Shown here piece after piece: positions 1 to 11,031 of a stretch of DNA of 30,009 bases. The DNA is from a virus (taxonomy: Duplodnaviria > Caudoviricetes). The notes beneath the pieces were generated by a model that was given only the letters and a program-made list of their open reading frames with translations, ran no database searches and was not told the origin of the DNA. The stretch is taken from positions 1 through 30,009 of IMG/VR virus record IMGVR_UViG_3300020161_002680, one strand, 5' to 3'. Numbering within the stretch: position 1 is the stretch's first letter; each line of letters opens with the position of its first letter. The translations under genes were made by a program, and so were the position numbers.

Positions 1-1
1 T

Positions 2-1039
2 AATGCTGCTCAAATTGATATGTCAAACCTTTCAAAAGGAGCATATATGGTTAAAGTAACATCTAACAATCAACTAAAAACTATTATTATAAGGTCAAGG
101 GGAGTTAATGTTGGAACAGCAAATCAAATTTATACTGATGTTCCAGTAAAGGGAGACGGAACTGGGGCAACAGCAACAGTTATTACAAACAATGAATCAA
201 AATTAGATTCAATATTGATATCGTCTGGAGGAGATAATTATACATATGCCCATGTAGATTTTGATGCTGCTGGAATTACATATACAACAAAACCAGAAGT
301 TGATGTTATTATTCCTCCCCCAGGTGGCCATGGATATGACATACATAGGGAACTTGGTTCAAGTAATGTATTAATTTACTCTAGATTTTCAAACGAAGAA
401 CTTGAGCCAGATTATGTCATTGGAAATAAAATTGCAAGAATTGGGGTAATAAGTAATCCGGAAAAATATGACTCAAATGATTTATTGTCTGCATCTACTG
501 CAAGCGGAACATATGCCCTTAGGTTAAAAGGTTCAATATCTGATTTAAATATAATACCAAATTCTTACATCACACAAACAGTTTCCACTGGACAAACTGC
601 TGCTGGTAGAGTTGTTTCTTATGATAGCACAACTGGGGTTGTAAAATATTGGCAAGATAGAACTACCGTCGGATTTAATTATGGTGGGGAATATGGTGAT
701 ACAATAAATCCAATATCCGGAACAAATAGAAAAACCGAAAATGCCCCATTATTTGGGTATAATCTAAATCGATTCAGCTCAACTGTTGGTACAGGTGGAA
801 CAACAACAATAAAAAATATAAATTTATCCTCTCTAAATGTACAAATAGATTCTACTTTTACTGGAATAACGACTACTATCATAAATAAAACATATAACCT
901 GGGACAGTTTTTTGAAAACGGTGTTTCTACACCAGAACCCAAAAAATATTCTGGAAATATAATTCATTTGGATAATAGACCCTCAATTTTGAGGAATATA
1001 AGTCAAAAAGAAGATATCAAAATTATTCTACAATTTTAA
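2..1039 (+). CDS. gp8: Baseplate wedge subunit gp8, C-terminal part (5'-truncated by the window; first ~70 bp may be foreign sequence)
   Basis: Frame is open from position 2. It contains IIPPPGGHGYDIHRELG and ends in KKYSGNIIHLDNRPSILRNISQKEDIKIILQF, the typical T4-like/cyanophage gp8 C-terminus. It lies directly upstream of the VrlC-like gene. Confidence 0.85.
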   Translation, partial: NAAQIDMSNLSKGAYMVKVTSNNQLKTIIIRSRGVNVGTANQIYTDVPVKGDGTGATATVITNNESKLDSILISSGGDNYTYAHVDFDAAGITYTTKPEVDVIIPPPGGHGYDIHRELGSSNVLIYSRFSNEELEPDYVIGNKIARIGVISNPEKYDSNDLLSASTASGTYALRLKGSISDLNIIPNSYITQTVSTGQTAAGRVVSYDSTTGVVKYWQDRTTVGFNYGGEYGDTINPISGTNRKTENAPLFGYNLNRFSSTVGTGGTTTIKNINLSSLNVQIDSTFTGITTTIINKTYNLGQFFENGVSTPEPKKYSGNIIHLDNRPSILRNISQKEDIKIILQF

Positions 1040-1045
1040 TTAATC

Positions 1046-4000
1046 ATGCCACAAGAAACTAATCTTAATGTATCTCCATACTTTGATGATTACTATGAGC
1101 AGGATATTGGGGGAAAGGCAAATAACTACCATAAGGTACTATTTAAGCCAGGATATCCAGTACAGGCAAGGGAATTAACTACTTTACAGTCAATATTACA
1201 AAATCAAGTAGAACAATTTGGTACTCATTTTTTTAAAGAAGGATCCAAAGTAATTCCAGGTCAATTAAATTACATAAAGAATTTTTATGCTGTTCAAATT
1301 TCGGATGAATTTTCCGGGATTCCAGTTTCTCTTTATTTAAATAATTTAGTTGGTTTAATCATAAAGGGGGAAACATCAGGAATTAGAGCAAAAGTAATAA
1401 AAGTATTAACCTCACAAGAATCAGAAAGAAATACAACAACTCTTTATATTGATTATATCGATTCTTCATCTATAGATTCGAGCGCAAAAGAATTTTTTGA
1501 TGGGGAAATTTTAGTAGCAGAACAAAATATATCATTCGGAAATACTTTTATTTTAGCTGGACAAGGATTTGCTTCTGCAATTTCAAATAGTTCAAGTGCG
1601 ATTGGATCTGCATTTACGATATCGGAAGGGGTATACTTTATACGAGGAAATTTTGTAAATGTAACTGATGAATTAATTTTATTGGACCAATATTCAAATA
1701 ATCCAAGTTATAGAATAGGATTATTTGTAAATGAAGAAATAATTACGGCAGAAGTTGATCAATATTTAACTGATAATGCTCAAGGTTTTAATAATTATTC
1801 TGCTCCAGGTGCGGACAGATTAAAAATTACCGCAACCTTAACAAAAAAAGAAATAACAGATTATAATGATGTAAACTTCATTGAATTAGCAGTAGTAAAT
1901 GGTGGTACCCTAAGATCAATTAAAGAAAATACACAATATAATATTTTTGCGGATGAATTGGCCAGAAGAACTTATGATGAATCTGGAGATTATTATATAA
2001 ATGCATTTAGTGTATATCCCAAAGAAAGTTTAAATGACGGGAAGGGAAACAATGGAGTATACAATCAAAATGAATTAACAGAAGATGGACAAATTCCTTC
2101 GGATGATAAAATCGTATATAAAATAACTCCAGGTAAAGCCTACGTTAAAGGATTCGAAGTTCAATCATATTCTACTAATTTTATAACTGCAAATAAATCA
2201 AGAGATTATAAAAGAGTAAATGACCAGGCAGTAAATTTTGTATATGGTAGCACATTAACTCTGAATAGAGCATTTGGCTCACCGTCTTTAAATATTGCGT
2301 CACCATCTACAGTAAGTCTTATAAATTCCAGAGTTGGTATAGCCTCAACTACGGTGACTGGTAAGGAAATTGGATTAGCAAGAGTTTATGATTTTGCATT
2401 AGAATCTGGCTCCTATAATTCTAGCAATTATAATTTAAATCAATGGGATTTGACATTATTTGATATCACTACATATGGGGATCTGGCCCTAAATGGACAA
2501 ACCACATTATCCATACCAACAAAAATCAAAGGAAAATCTAGTGGGGCAACTGGATTTTTAAGGTACGCAGTTTCTTCTGGAATAGGAATTACTGTATATG
2601 ATATATCTGGTAATTTTATAGCTGGAGAGCAACTATATTTTAATGGAGTAGATAGTTCGATTACCGTAAATAATTTTACAAATTATAATATATCAGATGT
2701 TCAATCTGTATATGCAACTACAGGATTAAATATTACATTTTCTGGGGACGTAATACCAACAGAAGCTATTAATATTGGGATTGCAAGTATTTCATCGGGA
2801 CCGAGTGTATCTACTGTTACTAGCACTACAGTTGAGTTCCCTGGAATATTATCAGTTGGAAATTTAATTCAATACACAAAACCAAATTCTAGTGTAGTAA
2901 CATACAATAAAGTACTAAGCGTAAATACAAAATCATTTACTATCGCTGGAATTACGACTGTAACTGGCATTTGTGATGGTGCTCTACCAAGTTCAAATAT
3001 ATCAGTTAGTGACTTAAAGGTAATATCAACTAAGTTACAAAATACAGCAGACAATTCAAATTCTTTATTCTCAAGTTTACCAAAAAATAATATAAAATCA
3101 GTAGATTTATCAGATTCCAGTCTCATAATAAGAAAACAATTTGATATTTCTATTACCTCTTCCAGTACAAATACAATAACAGCGGGAGACAATGAAGTAT
3201 TTCTTCCATTTGACGAAGAAAGATATGTTCTTGTTAGGTCAACTGGAATTATAGAGCCATTGAGTGTAGATAAATTTAATTTTACTAATGGAAGTAAAAA
3301 TTTAAAAATTATTGGACTAGGATCAGTAAATGATGCGAATTGTAAACTAGTTTGTACATTAAGAAAATCTAGCGTAAAGGAAAAAATAAAAAATAAAAAA
3401 ATAGTAGAATCAATAGTTGTCAATAGATCTAAGTATTCATATTCCGGAATTGGTCAAACTTCAATACAAGATGGATTGACATATGGAAATTATCCATATG
3501 GAACAAGAATTCAAGACGATGAAATATGTTTGAATTATCCAGATATAATAAAAATACATGGAGTATTTGAATCAAATAATATGAATGATCCAACTATTCC
3601 AAGTTTTTATGTTTCTGCGATGAATGGGCCAACAACAACTACTTCAGATCTTATAGTTGGGGAGGAATTTGTTGGCTCTAGTAGTGGGGCAATTGGAGTT
3701 TATTTGGAAGCAAATTCCAGTACAAGAATAGGATTTGTTTATTTAAATGATGTTGGATTCCAACTCAATGAAGATGTAACGTTTAAACAATCTGGAATTA
3801 CTGGAAAATTTACATCTTTTGATGCTGGTAGCAAAAATATAACATCAAATTATACTTTTACAAACGGACAAAAACTTTCATATTATGATTATGGCAAATT
3901 AATAAAAAAAGATGGAGTTTCTTCTCCAAAAAATAAAATAAAGATCATATTTGCTAGAGGTTATTATAATACTTCTGATACAGGAGATATAACAACAATA

Positions 4001-7000
4001 AATTCATATTCCAATTTTAATTATTCAAAAGAAATACAAAATATTTTAAATTATAAAAATTCTGATATTATAGACTATAGATTAATTGTATCATCATTTA
4101 CTCCAGCGGAAAATGTAAGATCTCCACTTGAATTTTTGGGGAGAACTTTTGCTTATAGTAGCTCCAGTCAAATTATAGCACCAGATGAATCAATAAGTCT
4201 TTCATTTGAATATTATTTGTCAAGAATTGATAGAGTTTATTTGGATAAAAATGGAATTTTCAGGGTAAAAACTGGAATATCAGAAGAAACTCCAAAATTA
4301 CCAGAAGAAATTTCTGATGCATTAAACGTAGCCAATATTTACCTTCCACCATACGTTTATGATGTTACTGACATAAAAATAGATGCAATTCAACATAAAA
4401 GATATCAAATGAGTGATATTTTTAATTTAGAAAATAGAATTAAAAACTTAGAATATTATACTACATTATCTTTAACCGAATCCAATACATCTAATTTAAC
4501 TGTACTTGACAATAATGGACTAAACAGATTTAAATCTGGATTTTTTGTGGATAATTTTACTCAATATAAAGTTAAAGATTATACAACTGGAGTAAAAAAT
4601 AGTGTAGATGAAGAAAAAAATACACTAAGACCATCTCATTACACTACTAACATCAAATTAGATCTTGGAACACAAGCGACTCTTGGGCTCAATACACAAG
4701 ATCAAGATTATGATTATCCCCAAGATATTTTAGGTACAAATATTAAAAAAACTAATGAATTAATTACATTAAATTACACTGAATCTTCTCTTATTGCTCA
4801 ACCATTTGCAACTAGAGTAGAAAATGTTACTCCTTATTTGGTAAAATTCTGGCAAGGAAATATTGAATTAACACCATCGGTTGACGTTTGGGTAGATACA
4901 GTAAGATTAGCACCATTATCAATTAATGTTAATGATAATTCATTTGATTCGCTGTCAATTGCACTAAATGCTAGCACTAAAACACTTGCAGATGGAACAA
5001 GACAAGGATTGGCACCAACTGTTTGGAATTCTTGGGTAACTACTGGAGTCATATCAACTCCAAGTAGAGGAAGCGTAACCACTACTACATCACAAAGAAG
5101 AACGGGAACACAAGCAATATTAACTGAACAGATTAATACTCAATCTATTGGTGATAGAATTGTAAGTAGAAATCTCATTACATACATGAGATCCAGGAAT
5201 ATTACTTTTACTGGAAAGGCAATAAAACCATATACTAGATTATATTCTTTTTTCGATGGAATTAACGTTACTAATTATTGCACTCCAAAATTATTAGAAA
5301 TTTCCATGGTATCTGGGACTTTTCAGGTTGGAGAAACAGTAACTGGATCTATTTTAAATAATCAAACGATAGATTCAAATTACTTAAACATACAGCTCCA
5401 AAATTTAACATTTAGAGTTGCAAATTCAAATCATAAGTATGGTCCATATAATTCTCCCACTGATACTTACACTGAAAATCCATATGATAGAACTATAACT
5501 ATCCCAAGTACATATTCACAATCTTCAACTGTTCTTAATATTGATATTTTTGGACTTTCAAATGAAGTTCAAGATATGTTCTCTGGATATGCTGTCACTG
5601 GAATGACATTGCGAGGTTTAACTAGTGGCGCAGTTGCCACAATAACAAATGTTAGGTTAATTTCAGACAAATTTGGCACTATAATTGGTTCATTTTTTGT
5701 TCCAAATGGTAATTTGCAGTCAACTCCACAATTTGAAACTGGAAAAAATACTTTTAGATTAACCAGTAGCGAGACAAATTCAAAAATAGAGGGTGTAGTA
5801 ACAACATTAGCCGAAGATATTTTTTATTCTCAAGGTGAACAAGATAATGTACAAAATACCACATTATCAGTTAAAAGTATCAAGGTTGAACAGAGACCAA
5901 CTGTTGAGACTCAAACTTTAACTACTACTACTACTCCTGTTGTACAGAGACAAGATCCATTAGCACAATCTTTTATTGTTCCATCTGAATATACAAATGG
6001 AGTATTTGTAACAAAACTTGATATTTATTTTAGAACAAAGGGTACAGATCATTCTGTAATATGTCAAATAAGAGAAATGGAGCTTGGATTACCAACTACC
6101 AAAATATTACCATTCTCTAAGGTTGAGCTTACACCCAATAAAGTAAATATATCTGAGTTTGCATCTACACCAACAACTTTTACCTTTGCCTCACCAATTT
6201 ATTTAAATTCTAATAAAGAATATGCGATAGTATTACTGTCAGATTCTACTGAATATACTGCATGGATATCCAGAATGGGTGAAGTAAATGTAACGGATTC
6301 TACCTTAGAGTCTGGCCAGGTTCTGGTTAGCACCCAAAACACCATTGGGTCACTATTTAAATCGCAAAATGGATCAACCTGGGATCCAAGTCAATATGAA
6401 GATCTTAAATTCACTTTATATAAAGCAAATTTTGTAAATTCTGGATTGGTACAATTTTTTAACCCAAAACTTCCAGATTCTTATGGGCTATTGACTATAA
6501 ATCCACTAGAAATAAGTTCCAAAAAAATTAGAGTTGGTCTTGGGTCAACATTAAATGATACTCAATTAAAATCAACTTCACTTGGATACACAATAAAACA
6601 GGCAAATGTTACCAATAGTGCTAACTTAGTTGGAACTGCTGGCATTGCAACTGGAAATCTTAATATAGTGAATTCTGGAATTGGATATACTCCATCTTCT
6701 GGATCATATACATTCAATAATGTTCCTTTGATTAACGTTACCGGAACTGGAAATGGAGCAACTGCAAATATTAGTATAACAAATGGTTCTGTTCCGGCAA
6801 TAGGAGCTACAATATACAATGGTGGCACTGGATATTCCATTGGGGATATAGTACAAGTAAGTTCACTCGGTACATCTACATTGGGCCAGAGTTTAACTCT
6901 ATCAATATCTAATATTACTGCAGTAAATGAATTAATTTTAGATCAAGTACAGGGCGAATTTGACACTACAAATAAACTACAATATGTAAATTCATCTGGG

Positions 7001-8419
7001 ATTACAACCGATATTAACTATAATATTGGTGGCAATTTACTAATTTCTTCGCAACCGGAAGTACTAACAACTGGATTGTCTATAAAAGTAAATATGAAAA
7101 ATCATGGAATGTATTCTAATGTCAATAAAGTTGAACTAAAAGGAATTGTCCCGGACACAAATACTATAAAATTAACTACGGAATTGACTACCTCTTCTAA
7201 TACTATATCAATAGAAGTAACTACTGAATTTAATTTATTCGAAGGATTAGCGGTGAGCGGAACAAATCCTGGTTATATTTTAATTGGAGATGAAATCATA
7301 AGATATACTACAGTTGCATCTGGTCTCTTGAGTAATATTACTAGAGGAATCAACGGTACAACTGTGGCATCTCATCCAATAAATTCCATAATTAAAAAAT
7401 ATGAGTTAGATGGAGTATCTTTGTTAAGAATTAATGCTACACATACAGTATCTAATCCCATTGGATTTGATTATTATACAATAAGTGTTGATACAAGCGA
7501 AAAAATAGTAAACAGTTTATTATATTGTAAAGATAGAGCTACCACTTCACCAAAATTATACTTTACAAAAACAAAAGAAGCAGGTGGATCAAGAGTTATA
7601 TCTTCTTATAATGTACCATTCGAATTATTAACTCCAAATGTTGGTACTATAATACCAACTGGAACAGTAATAGATTCATCTATTCGAACAGTAAGTGCAA
7701 AAAGTCTTGATGGATTAGAATCTCCATTTGAGGACCAAGGATTCCAGGGTATAATTTTAAATCAAAAAAATTATTTTAGTACCCCAAGATTAGTTGCATC
7801 AAATGTAAATGAGAATAATCTGTTAACTGAACTACCAGGAAACAAATCATTTACTATAAATTTTGACCTACTAACTAATGATTCTAATATTTCTCCATGC
7901 ATTTATATTGACAAGGCGAGTGCTTTATTTACAACAAATAGAGTAAATTCACCAATCACTGATTATGTTGAAGACAATAGAGCAAATGAATTTTATAATG
8001 ATCCAAATGCATTTACATACACTACAAATAATATTGGCTTAGAAACACCAGCAACATCAATTAAGATGCTTATTACTGGATATATCAATAATTATAATGA
8101 TATTAGAGCATTCTATTATATTGAAAATACACCAACAGAAAGTAAAAATGTTATTTTTATTCCATTCCCAGGATATAATAATATTACAGGAAGTGGTATT
8201 CCGATTGATATAAGTAAAAATAATGGGGCACCAAATAAGAAGCCAACATTCACAGATAAATATCAACATGAACCAGATTTAAGTCAGTTTAGTGAATATG
8301 AATTTATGGTAGATAATTTACCATCTTTTACAAATTATAGAATTAAATTGGTAATGACTTCAACTAATCAGGCTTACGTTCCCATAATTAATGATATTAG
8401 AGTAATTGCACTTGCGTAA
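1046..8419 (+). CDS. Large virion structural protein, VrlC-like / DUF4815-type (2457 aa)
   Basis: N-terminus MPQETNLNVSPYFDD...KVLFKPGYPVQARELTTLQSILQNQ, plus APGADRLKI, LARRTYDESGDY, RFKSGFFVDNF, DPLAQSF and GSLFKSQNGSTW. These motifs and the position after gp8 are recognised from cyanomyoviruses. Confidence 0.85.
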   Translation: MPQETNLNVSPYFDDYYEQDIGGKANNYHKVLFKPGYPVQARELTTLQSILQNQVEQFGTHFFKEGSKVIPGQLNYIKNFYAVQISDEFSGIPVSLYLNNLVGLIIKGETSGIRAKVIKVLTSQESERNTTTLYIDYIDSSSIDSSAKEFFDGEILVAEQNISFGNTFILAGQGFASAISNSSSAIGSAFTISEGVYFIRGNFVNVTDELILLDQYSNNPSYRIGLFVNEEIITAEVDQYLTDNAQGFNNYSAPGADRLKITATLTKKEITDYNDVNFIELAVVNGGTLRSIKENTQYNIFADELARRTYDESGDYYINAFSVYPKESLNDGKGNNGVYNQNELTEDGQIPSDDKIVYKITPGKAYVKGFEVQSYSTNFITANKSRDYKRVNDQAVNFVYGSTLTLNRAFGSPSLNIASPSTVSLINSRVGIASTTVTGKEIGLARVYDFALESGSYNSSNYNLNQWDLTLFDITTYGDLALNGQTTLSIPTKIKGKSSGATGFLRYAVSSGIGITVYDISGNFIAGEQLYFNGVDSSITVNNFTNYNISDVQSVYATTGLNITFSGDVIPTEAINIGIASISSGPSVSTVTSTTVEFPGILSVGNLIQYTKPNSSVVTYNKVLSVNTKSFTIAGITTVTGICDGALPSSNISVSDLKVISTKLQNTADNSNSLFSSLPKNNIKSVDLSDSSLIIRKQFDISITSSSTNTITAGDNEVFLPFDEERYVLVRSTGIIEPLSVDKFNFTNGSKNLKIIGLGSVNDANCKLVCTLRKSSVKEKIKNKKIVESIVVNRSKYSYSGIGQTSIQDGLTYGNYPYGTRIQDDEICLNYPDIIKIHGVFESNNMNDPTIPSFYVSAMNGPTTTTSDLIVGEEFVGSSSGAIGVYLEANSSTRIGFVYLNDVGFQLNEDVTFKQSGITGKFTSFDAGSKNITSNYTFTNGQKLSYYDYGKLIKKDGVSSPKNKIKIIFARGYYNTSDTGDITTINSYSNFNYSKEIQNILNYKNSDIIDYRLIVSSFTPAENVRSPLEFLGRTFAYSSSSQIIAPDESISLSFEYYLSRIDRVYLDKNGIFRVKTGISEETPKLPEEISDALNVANIYLPPYVYDVTDIKIDAIQHKRYQMSDIFNLENRIKNLEYYTTLSLTESNTSNLTVLDNNGLNRFKSGFFVDNFTQYKVKDYTTGVKNSVDEEKNTLRPSHYTTNIKLDLGTQATLGLNTQDQDYDYPQDILGTNIKKTNELITLNYTESSLIAQPFATRVENVTPYLVKFWQGNIELTPSVDVWVDTVRLAPLSINVNDNSFDSLSIALNASTKTLADGTRQGLAPTVWNSWVTTGVISTPSRGSVTTTTSQRRTGTQAILTEQINTQSIGDRIVSRNLITYMRSRNITFTGKAIKPYTRLYSFFDGINVTNYCTPKLLEISMVSGTFQVGETVTGSILNNQTIDSNYLNIQLQNLTFRVANSNHKYGPYNSPTDTYTENPYDRTITIPSTYSQSSTVLNIDIFGLSNEVQDMFSGYAVTGMTLRGLTSGAVATITNVRLISDKFGTIIGSFFVPNGNLQSTPQFETGKNTFRLTSSETNSKIEGVVTTLAEDIFYSQGEQDNVQNTTLSVKSIKVEQRPTVETQTLTTTTTPVVQRQDPLAQSFIVPSEYTNGVFVTKLDIYFRTKGTDHSVICQIREMELGLPTTKILPFSKVELTPNKVNISEFASTPTTFTFASPIYLNSNKEYAIVLLSDSTEYTAWISRMGEVNVTDSTLESGQVLVSTQNTIGSLFKSQNGSTWDPSQYEDLKFTLYKANFVNSGLVQFFNPKLPDSYGLLTINPLEISSKKIRVGLGSTLNDTQLKSTSLGYTIKQANVTNSANLVGTAGIATGNLNIVNSGIGYTPSSGSYTFNNVPLINVTGTGNGATANISITNGSVPAIGATIYNGGTGYSIGDIVQVSSLGTSTLGQSLTLSISNITAVNELILDQVQGEFDTTNKLQYVNSSGITTDINYNIGGNLLISSQPEVLTTGLSIKVNMKNHGMYSNVNKVELKGIVPDTNTIKLTTELTTSSNTISIEVTTEFNLFEGLAVSGTNPGYILIGDEIIRYTTVASGLLSNITRGINGTTVASHPINSIIKKYELDGVSLLRINATHTVSNPIGFDYYTISVDTSEKIVNSLLYCKDRATTSPKLYFTKTKEAGGSRVISSYNVPFELLTPNVGTIIPTGTVIDSSIRTVSAKSLDGLESPFEDQGFQGIILNQKNYFSTPRLVASNVNENNLLTELPGNKSFTINFDLLTNDSNISPCIYIDKASALFTTNRVNSPITDYVEDNRANEFYNDPNAFTYTTNNIGLETPATSIKMLITGYINNYNDIRAFYYIENTPTESKNVIFIPFPGYNNITGSGIPIDISKNNGAPNKKPTFTDKYQHEPDLSQFSEYEFMVDNLPSFTNYRIKLVMTSTNQAYVPIINDIRVIALA

Positions 8420-8420
8420 A

Positions 8421-8636
8421 ATGCTTATTCCAGTAGAGGGGGAATCTGGATTATATCGTAATACAGATTCCAATCACATAGTAAATAAAAATTTATCAGA
8501 ATATGAAGCATATATTGCACAAAAAAAGGCAAGAACATGCGATAAAGAAAGAATCAATTTAATCGAAGGTCAATTATCTTCGCTTAGAACTGATTTAGAT
8601 GAAATTAAAACATTATTGCTCAATTTAACAAAATGA
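8421..8636 (+). CDS. Small conserved phage hypothetical protein with coiled-coil C-terminus (71 aa)
   Basis: ATG at 8421 follows the upstream stop at 8419 after one base and is preferred over the TTG at 8406. VEGESGLYR and LRTDLDEIKTLL resemble the small ORF usually found at this locus. Confidence 0.7.
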   Translation: MLIPVEGESGLYRNTDSNHIVNKNLSEYEAYIAQKKARTCDKERINLIEGQLSSLRTDLDEIKTLLLNLTK

Positions 8637-8827
8637 ATCCAGACAGTATATCTTTAGATAATATTAATAAATTATTTGAATATGAAAAAATATCTAGAGA
8701 TATAGATAGTATAGATGATATAAAAATTTTACAGGATATGAGTAAATCATATGTAAAATTATACCTTAAGCAACAAGAAATTCTATCTTCATTAAAATGG
8801 CAAAACCATCAAACCGACAGCAATTAA
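8633..8827 (+). CDS. Small conserved phage hypothetical protein (64 aa)
   Basis: ATGA overlap with the previous gene; KLFEYEKISRDID...KSYVKLYLKQQE; overlaps the gp13 start by 31 nt. Confidence 0.7.
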   Translation: MNPDSISLDNINKLFEYEKISRDIDSIDDIKILQDMSKSYVKLYLKQQEILSSLKWQNHQTDSN

Positions 8828-9618
8828 TAGATTATTGCCTAAGAAAACTTGGACATCCAGTATTAGAAGTCAACGTAGCTCAAGAGCAAATTGAGGATTT
8901 AGTTGATGATGCTATTCAATTTTTCCAAGAAAGACACTTTGATGGGGTTGCACAAACGTTTTTAAAATATCAGATAACTCAACAAGATATTGATAGAGGA
9001 AGAGGAACTGTTGGTATTGCTAGCACCTCGGTAGTTGGGCCAGATAAAACTTATACCTATACCGAAGCAGCAAATTACATCAGAATACCAGATTATGTAA
9101 TAGGGGTCAATAAAATATTCTCATTTGAAGGATCAAATAGTATTGCTAGTGGAATGTTTAGCATAAAATATCAACTATTTTTAAACGATGTTTATTATTG
9201 GGGGTCAGTAGAGCTATTAACATACTCTATGACTAAAACTTACTTAGAACAGTTGGACTTTTTATTGACGACACAAAAACAAATTAGATTTAATAAAAGA
9301 GAAGATAAATTATATCTTGATGTAGATTGGTCAGCAATGGTACCTGGACAATATTTGGTTATAGATTGTTGGAGAGCATTGGATCCAACCGAATCAACAA
9401 AAGTATGGAACGATTCGTTTTTGAAGCAATATTTAACTGCGCTCATAAAAAGACAATGGGGATTAAACTTAAGTGCAAAATTTAGGGGAATGAAGCTTCC
9501 TGGTGGAGTAGAGATAGATGGAAGGCCATTGTATGATGATGCACAAAGAGAAATAGATATTCTCATGGAAAAAATGTCAAGTACTTATGAGCTTCCCCCA
9601 TTAGACTTTATAGGATAA
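8797..9618 (+). CDS. gp13: Neck protein gp13
   Basis: RQQLIDYCLRKLGHPVLEVNV, FFQERHFDG, YLTALIKRQWG, LPGGV and terminal PPLDFIG; synteny. Confidence 0.93.
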   Translation: MAKPSNRQQLIDYCLRKLGHPVLEVNVAQEQIEDLVDDAIQFFQERHFDGVAQTFLKYQITQQDIDRGRGTVGIASTSVVGPDKTYTYTEAANYIRIPDYVIGVNKIFSFEGSNSIASGMFSIKYQLFLNDVYYWGSVELLTYSMTKTYLEQLDFLLTTQKQIRFNKREDKLYLDVDWSAMVPGQYLVIDCWRALDPTESTKVWNDSFLKQYLTALIKRQWGLNLSAKFRGMKLPGGVEIDGRPLYDDAQREIDILMEKMSSTYELPPLDFIG

Positions 9619-9619
9619 T

Positions 9620-10996
9620 ATGTTAAACCCATTCTTTTTAAATGGTTCTCAGACAGAACAAGGATTATTACAAGATTTAATAAATGAATCCATAAAAATG
9701 TATGGGGTGGATGTACATTATATTCCTAGACAATACATCACACAAAAAACAATTATAAAGGAAGTCATCGAATCTCAATTTAATAATGCATATCCATTAG
9801 AGGCATATATTGAAAATTATGAGGGATATGAAGGTGCCGGTACACTTTTGACTAAATTTGGCGTTCAGCCTTATAATGATTTAAATCTTATAGTATCAAG
9901 AGAAAGATATTCAAATTATATTTCACCTTTAATTAAAAATTTACCAAATATAAAATTATCATCAAGACCAAAAGAAGGGGATTTAATTTATTTTCCCCTT
10001 GGTGATAGATTATTTGAAATTAAATTTGTTGAACATGAGCAACCTTTTTATCAATTAAGAAAAAATTATGTTTATGTCTTGAAGTGCGAGTTATTCAGAT
10101 ATGAAGATGAAATTATCGATACTGGAATAAGCAACATCGATGATAATGTAGAAAGCCAGGGATATATTCAAACTTATAATATGATAGGAATTGGATCCAC
10201 CGCAACTGCTGTTACTAGTCTAATCAATGGTGGAGTTAGATCAGTTACTATAACCAATAGAGGAGAAGGTTATAGTGGAACTCCAATTGTAGGATTTTCT
10301 TCTCCCCAAAATGGAGTTGCTGCAGTTGGCATTGCTACGATGATTAGCGGTATTGTCGATCTATGTCAACCTGATGGAACGCTTTATCGGGTCCAGGGGG
10401 TACAGATAACCAATCCTGGTTTCGGGTACACTACAGCCCCTTCTGTGGCCTTCTATGGGGGTTCTCCCAGCAAGACCGCAACTGCAACTGCTACCATAGG
10501 AAATGGAGTTGTTGGCATAATAACAATCACTAATGGTGGTGGAGGCTATATAACTGCTCCCTCTGTCAATTTCGTTGGTGTGTCTAGTGCAACTGCACAA
10601 GCAATATCAGTTATTACTAATGGTTCGGTGAGCGAAATTCGTATTATTGATTCTGGTTTAGATTATGTTGCGGTACCACAGATTATTATAGGTGGACCCA
10701 ATGTAGTAGGAATTGGCACATATCAATATAATGAAATTGTAATGGGAACAACAACTGGAACAACAGCAAGAGTAAAATCTTGGAATGCTCTCACCAGAAA
10801 ACTTGAATTATCTAATATTGCAGGAGATTTTGCACAGGGAGAGATTATTATGGGATCAGTATCCCAAGCACAATATAAATTACAATTAGTTTCAGTGTAC
10901 GATATGATGGATCCATTCGCACAGAATAAAGATATACAAAATGAAGGAAATTCAATAATTGATTTTAGTGAAAAAAATCCATTTGGAACTCCATAA
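9620..10996 (+). CDS. gp14: Neck/head-closure protein gp14 with an inserted Gly/Thr-rich beta-repeat region
   Basis: LQDLINESIKMYGVDVHYIPR, RPKEGDLIYFP, FEIKFVEHEQPFYQL and terminal DFSEKNPFG. About four ITNxGxGY...P-type repeats lie in the middle. Confidence 0.92.
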   Translation: MLNPFFLNGSQTEQGLLQDLINESIKMYGVDVHYIPRQYITQKTIIKEVIESQFNNAYPLEAYIENYEGYEGAGTLLTKFGVQPYNDLNLIVSRERYSNYISPLIKNLPNIKLSSRPKEGDLIYFPLGDRLFEIKFVEHEQPFYQLRKNYVYVLKCELFRYEDEIIDTGISNIDDNVESQGYIQTYNMIGIGSTATAVTSLINGGVRSVTITNRGEGYSGTPIVGFSSPQNGVAAVGIATMISGIVDLCQPDGTLYRVQGVQITNPGFGYTTAPSVAFYGGSPSKTATATATIGNGVVGIITITNGGGGYITAPSVNFVGVSSATAQAISVITNGSVSEIRIIDSGLDYVAVPQIIIGGPNVVGIGTYQYNEIVMGTTTGTTARVKSWNALTRKLELSNIAGDFAQGEIIMGSVSQAQYKLQLVSVYDMMDPFAQNKDIQNEGNSIIDFSEKNPFGTP

Positions 10997-10999
10997 TGG

Positions 11000-11006
11000 T
11001 TAAATA
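11000..11006 (+). promoter_or_regulatory. Putative gp55-dependent late promoter (gp15)
   Basis: TTAAATA in the intergenic region about 25 nt before the ATG; related to T4 TATAAATA. Confidence 0.5.
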
Positions 11007-11031
11007 GTATTAACATAAGATTTTTTTAATA

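Noticed and set aside
8406-8420. TTG start at 8406 for the small ORF
   Set aside because: ATG 8421, just after the upstream stop, is the simpler start.
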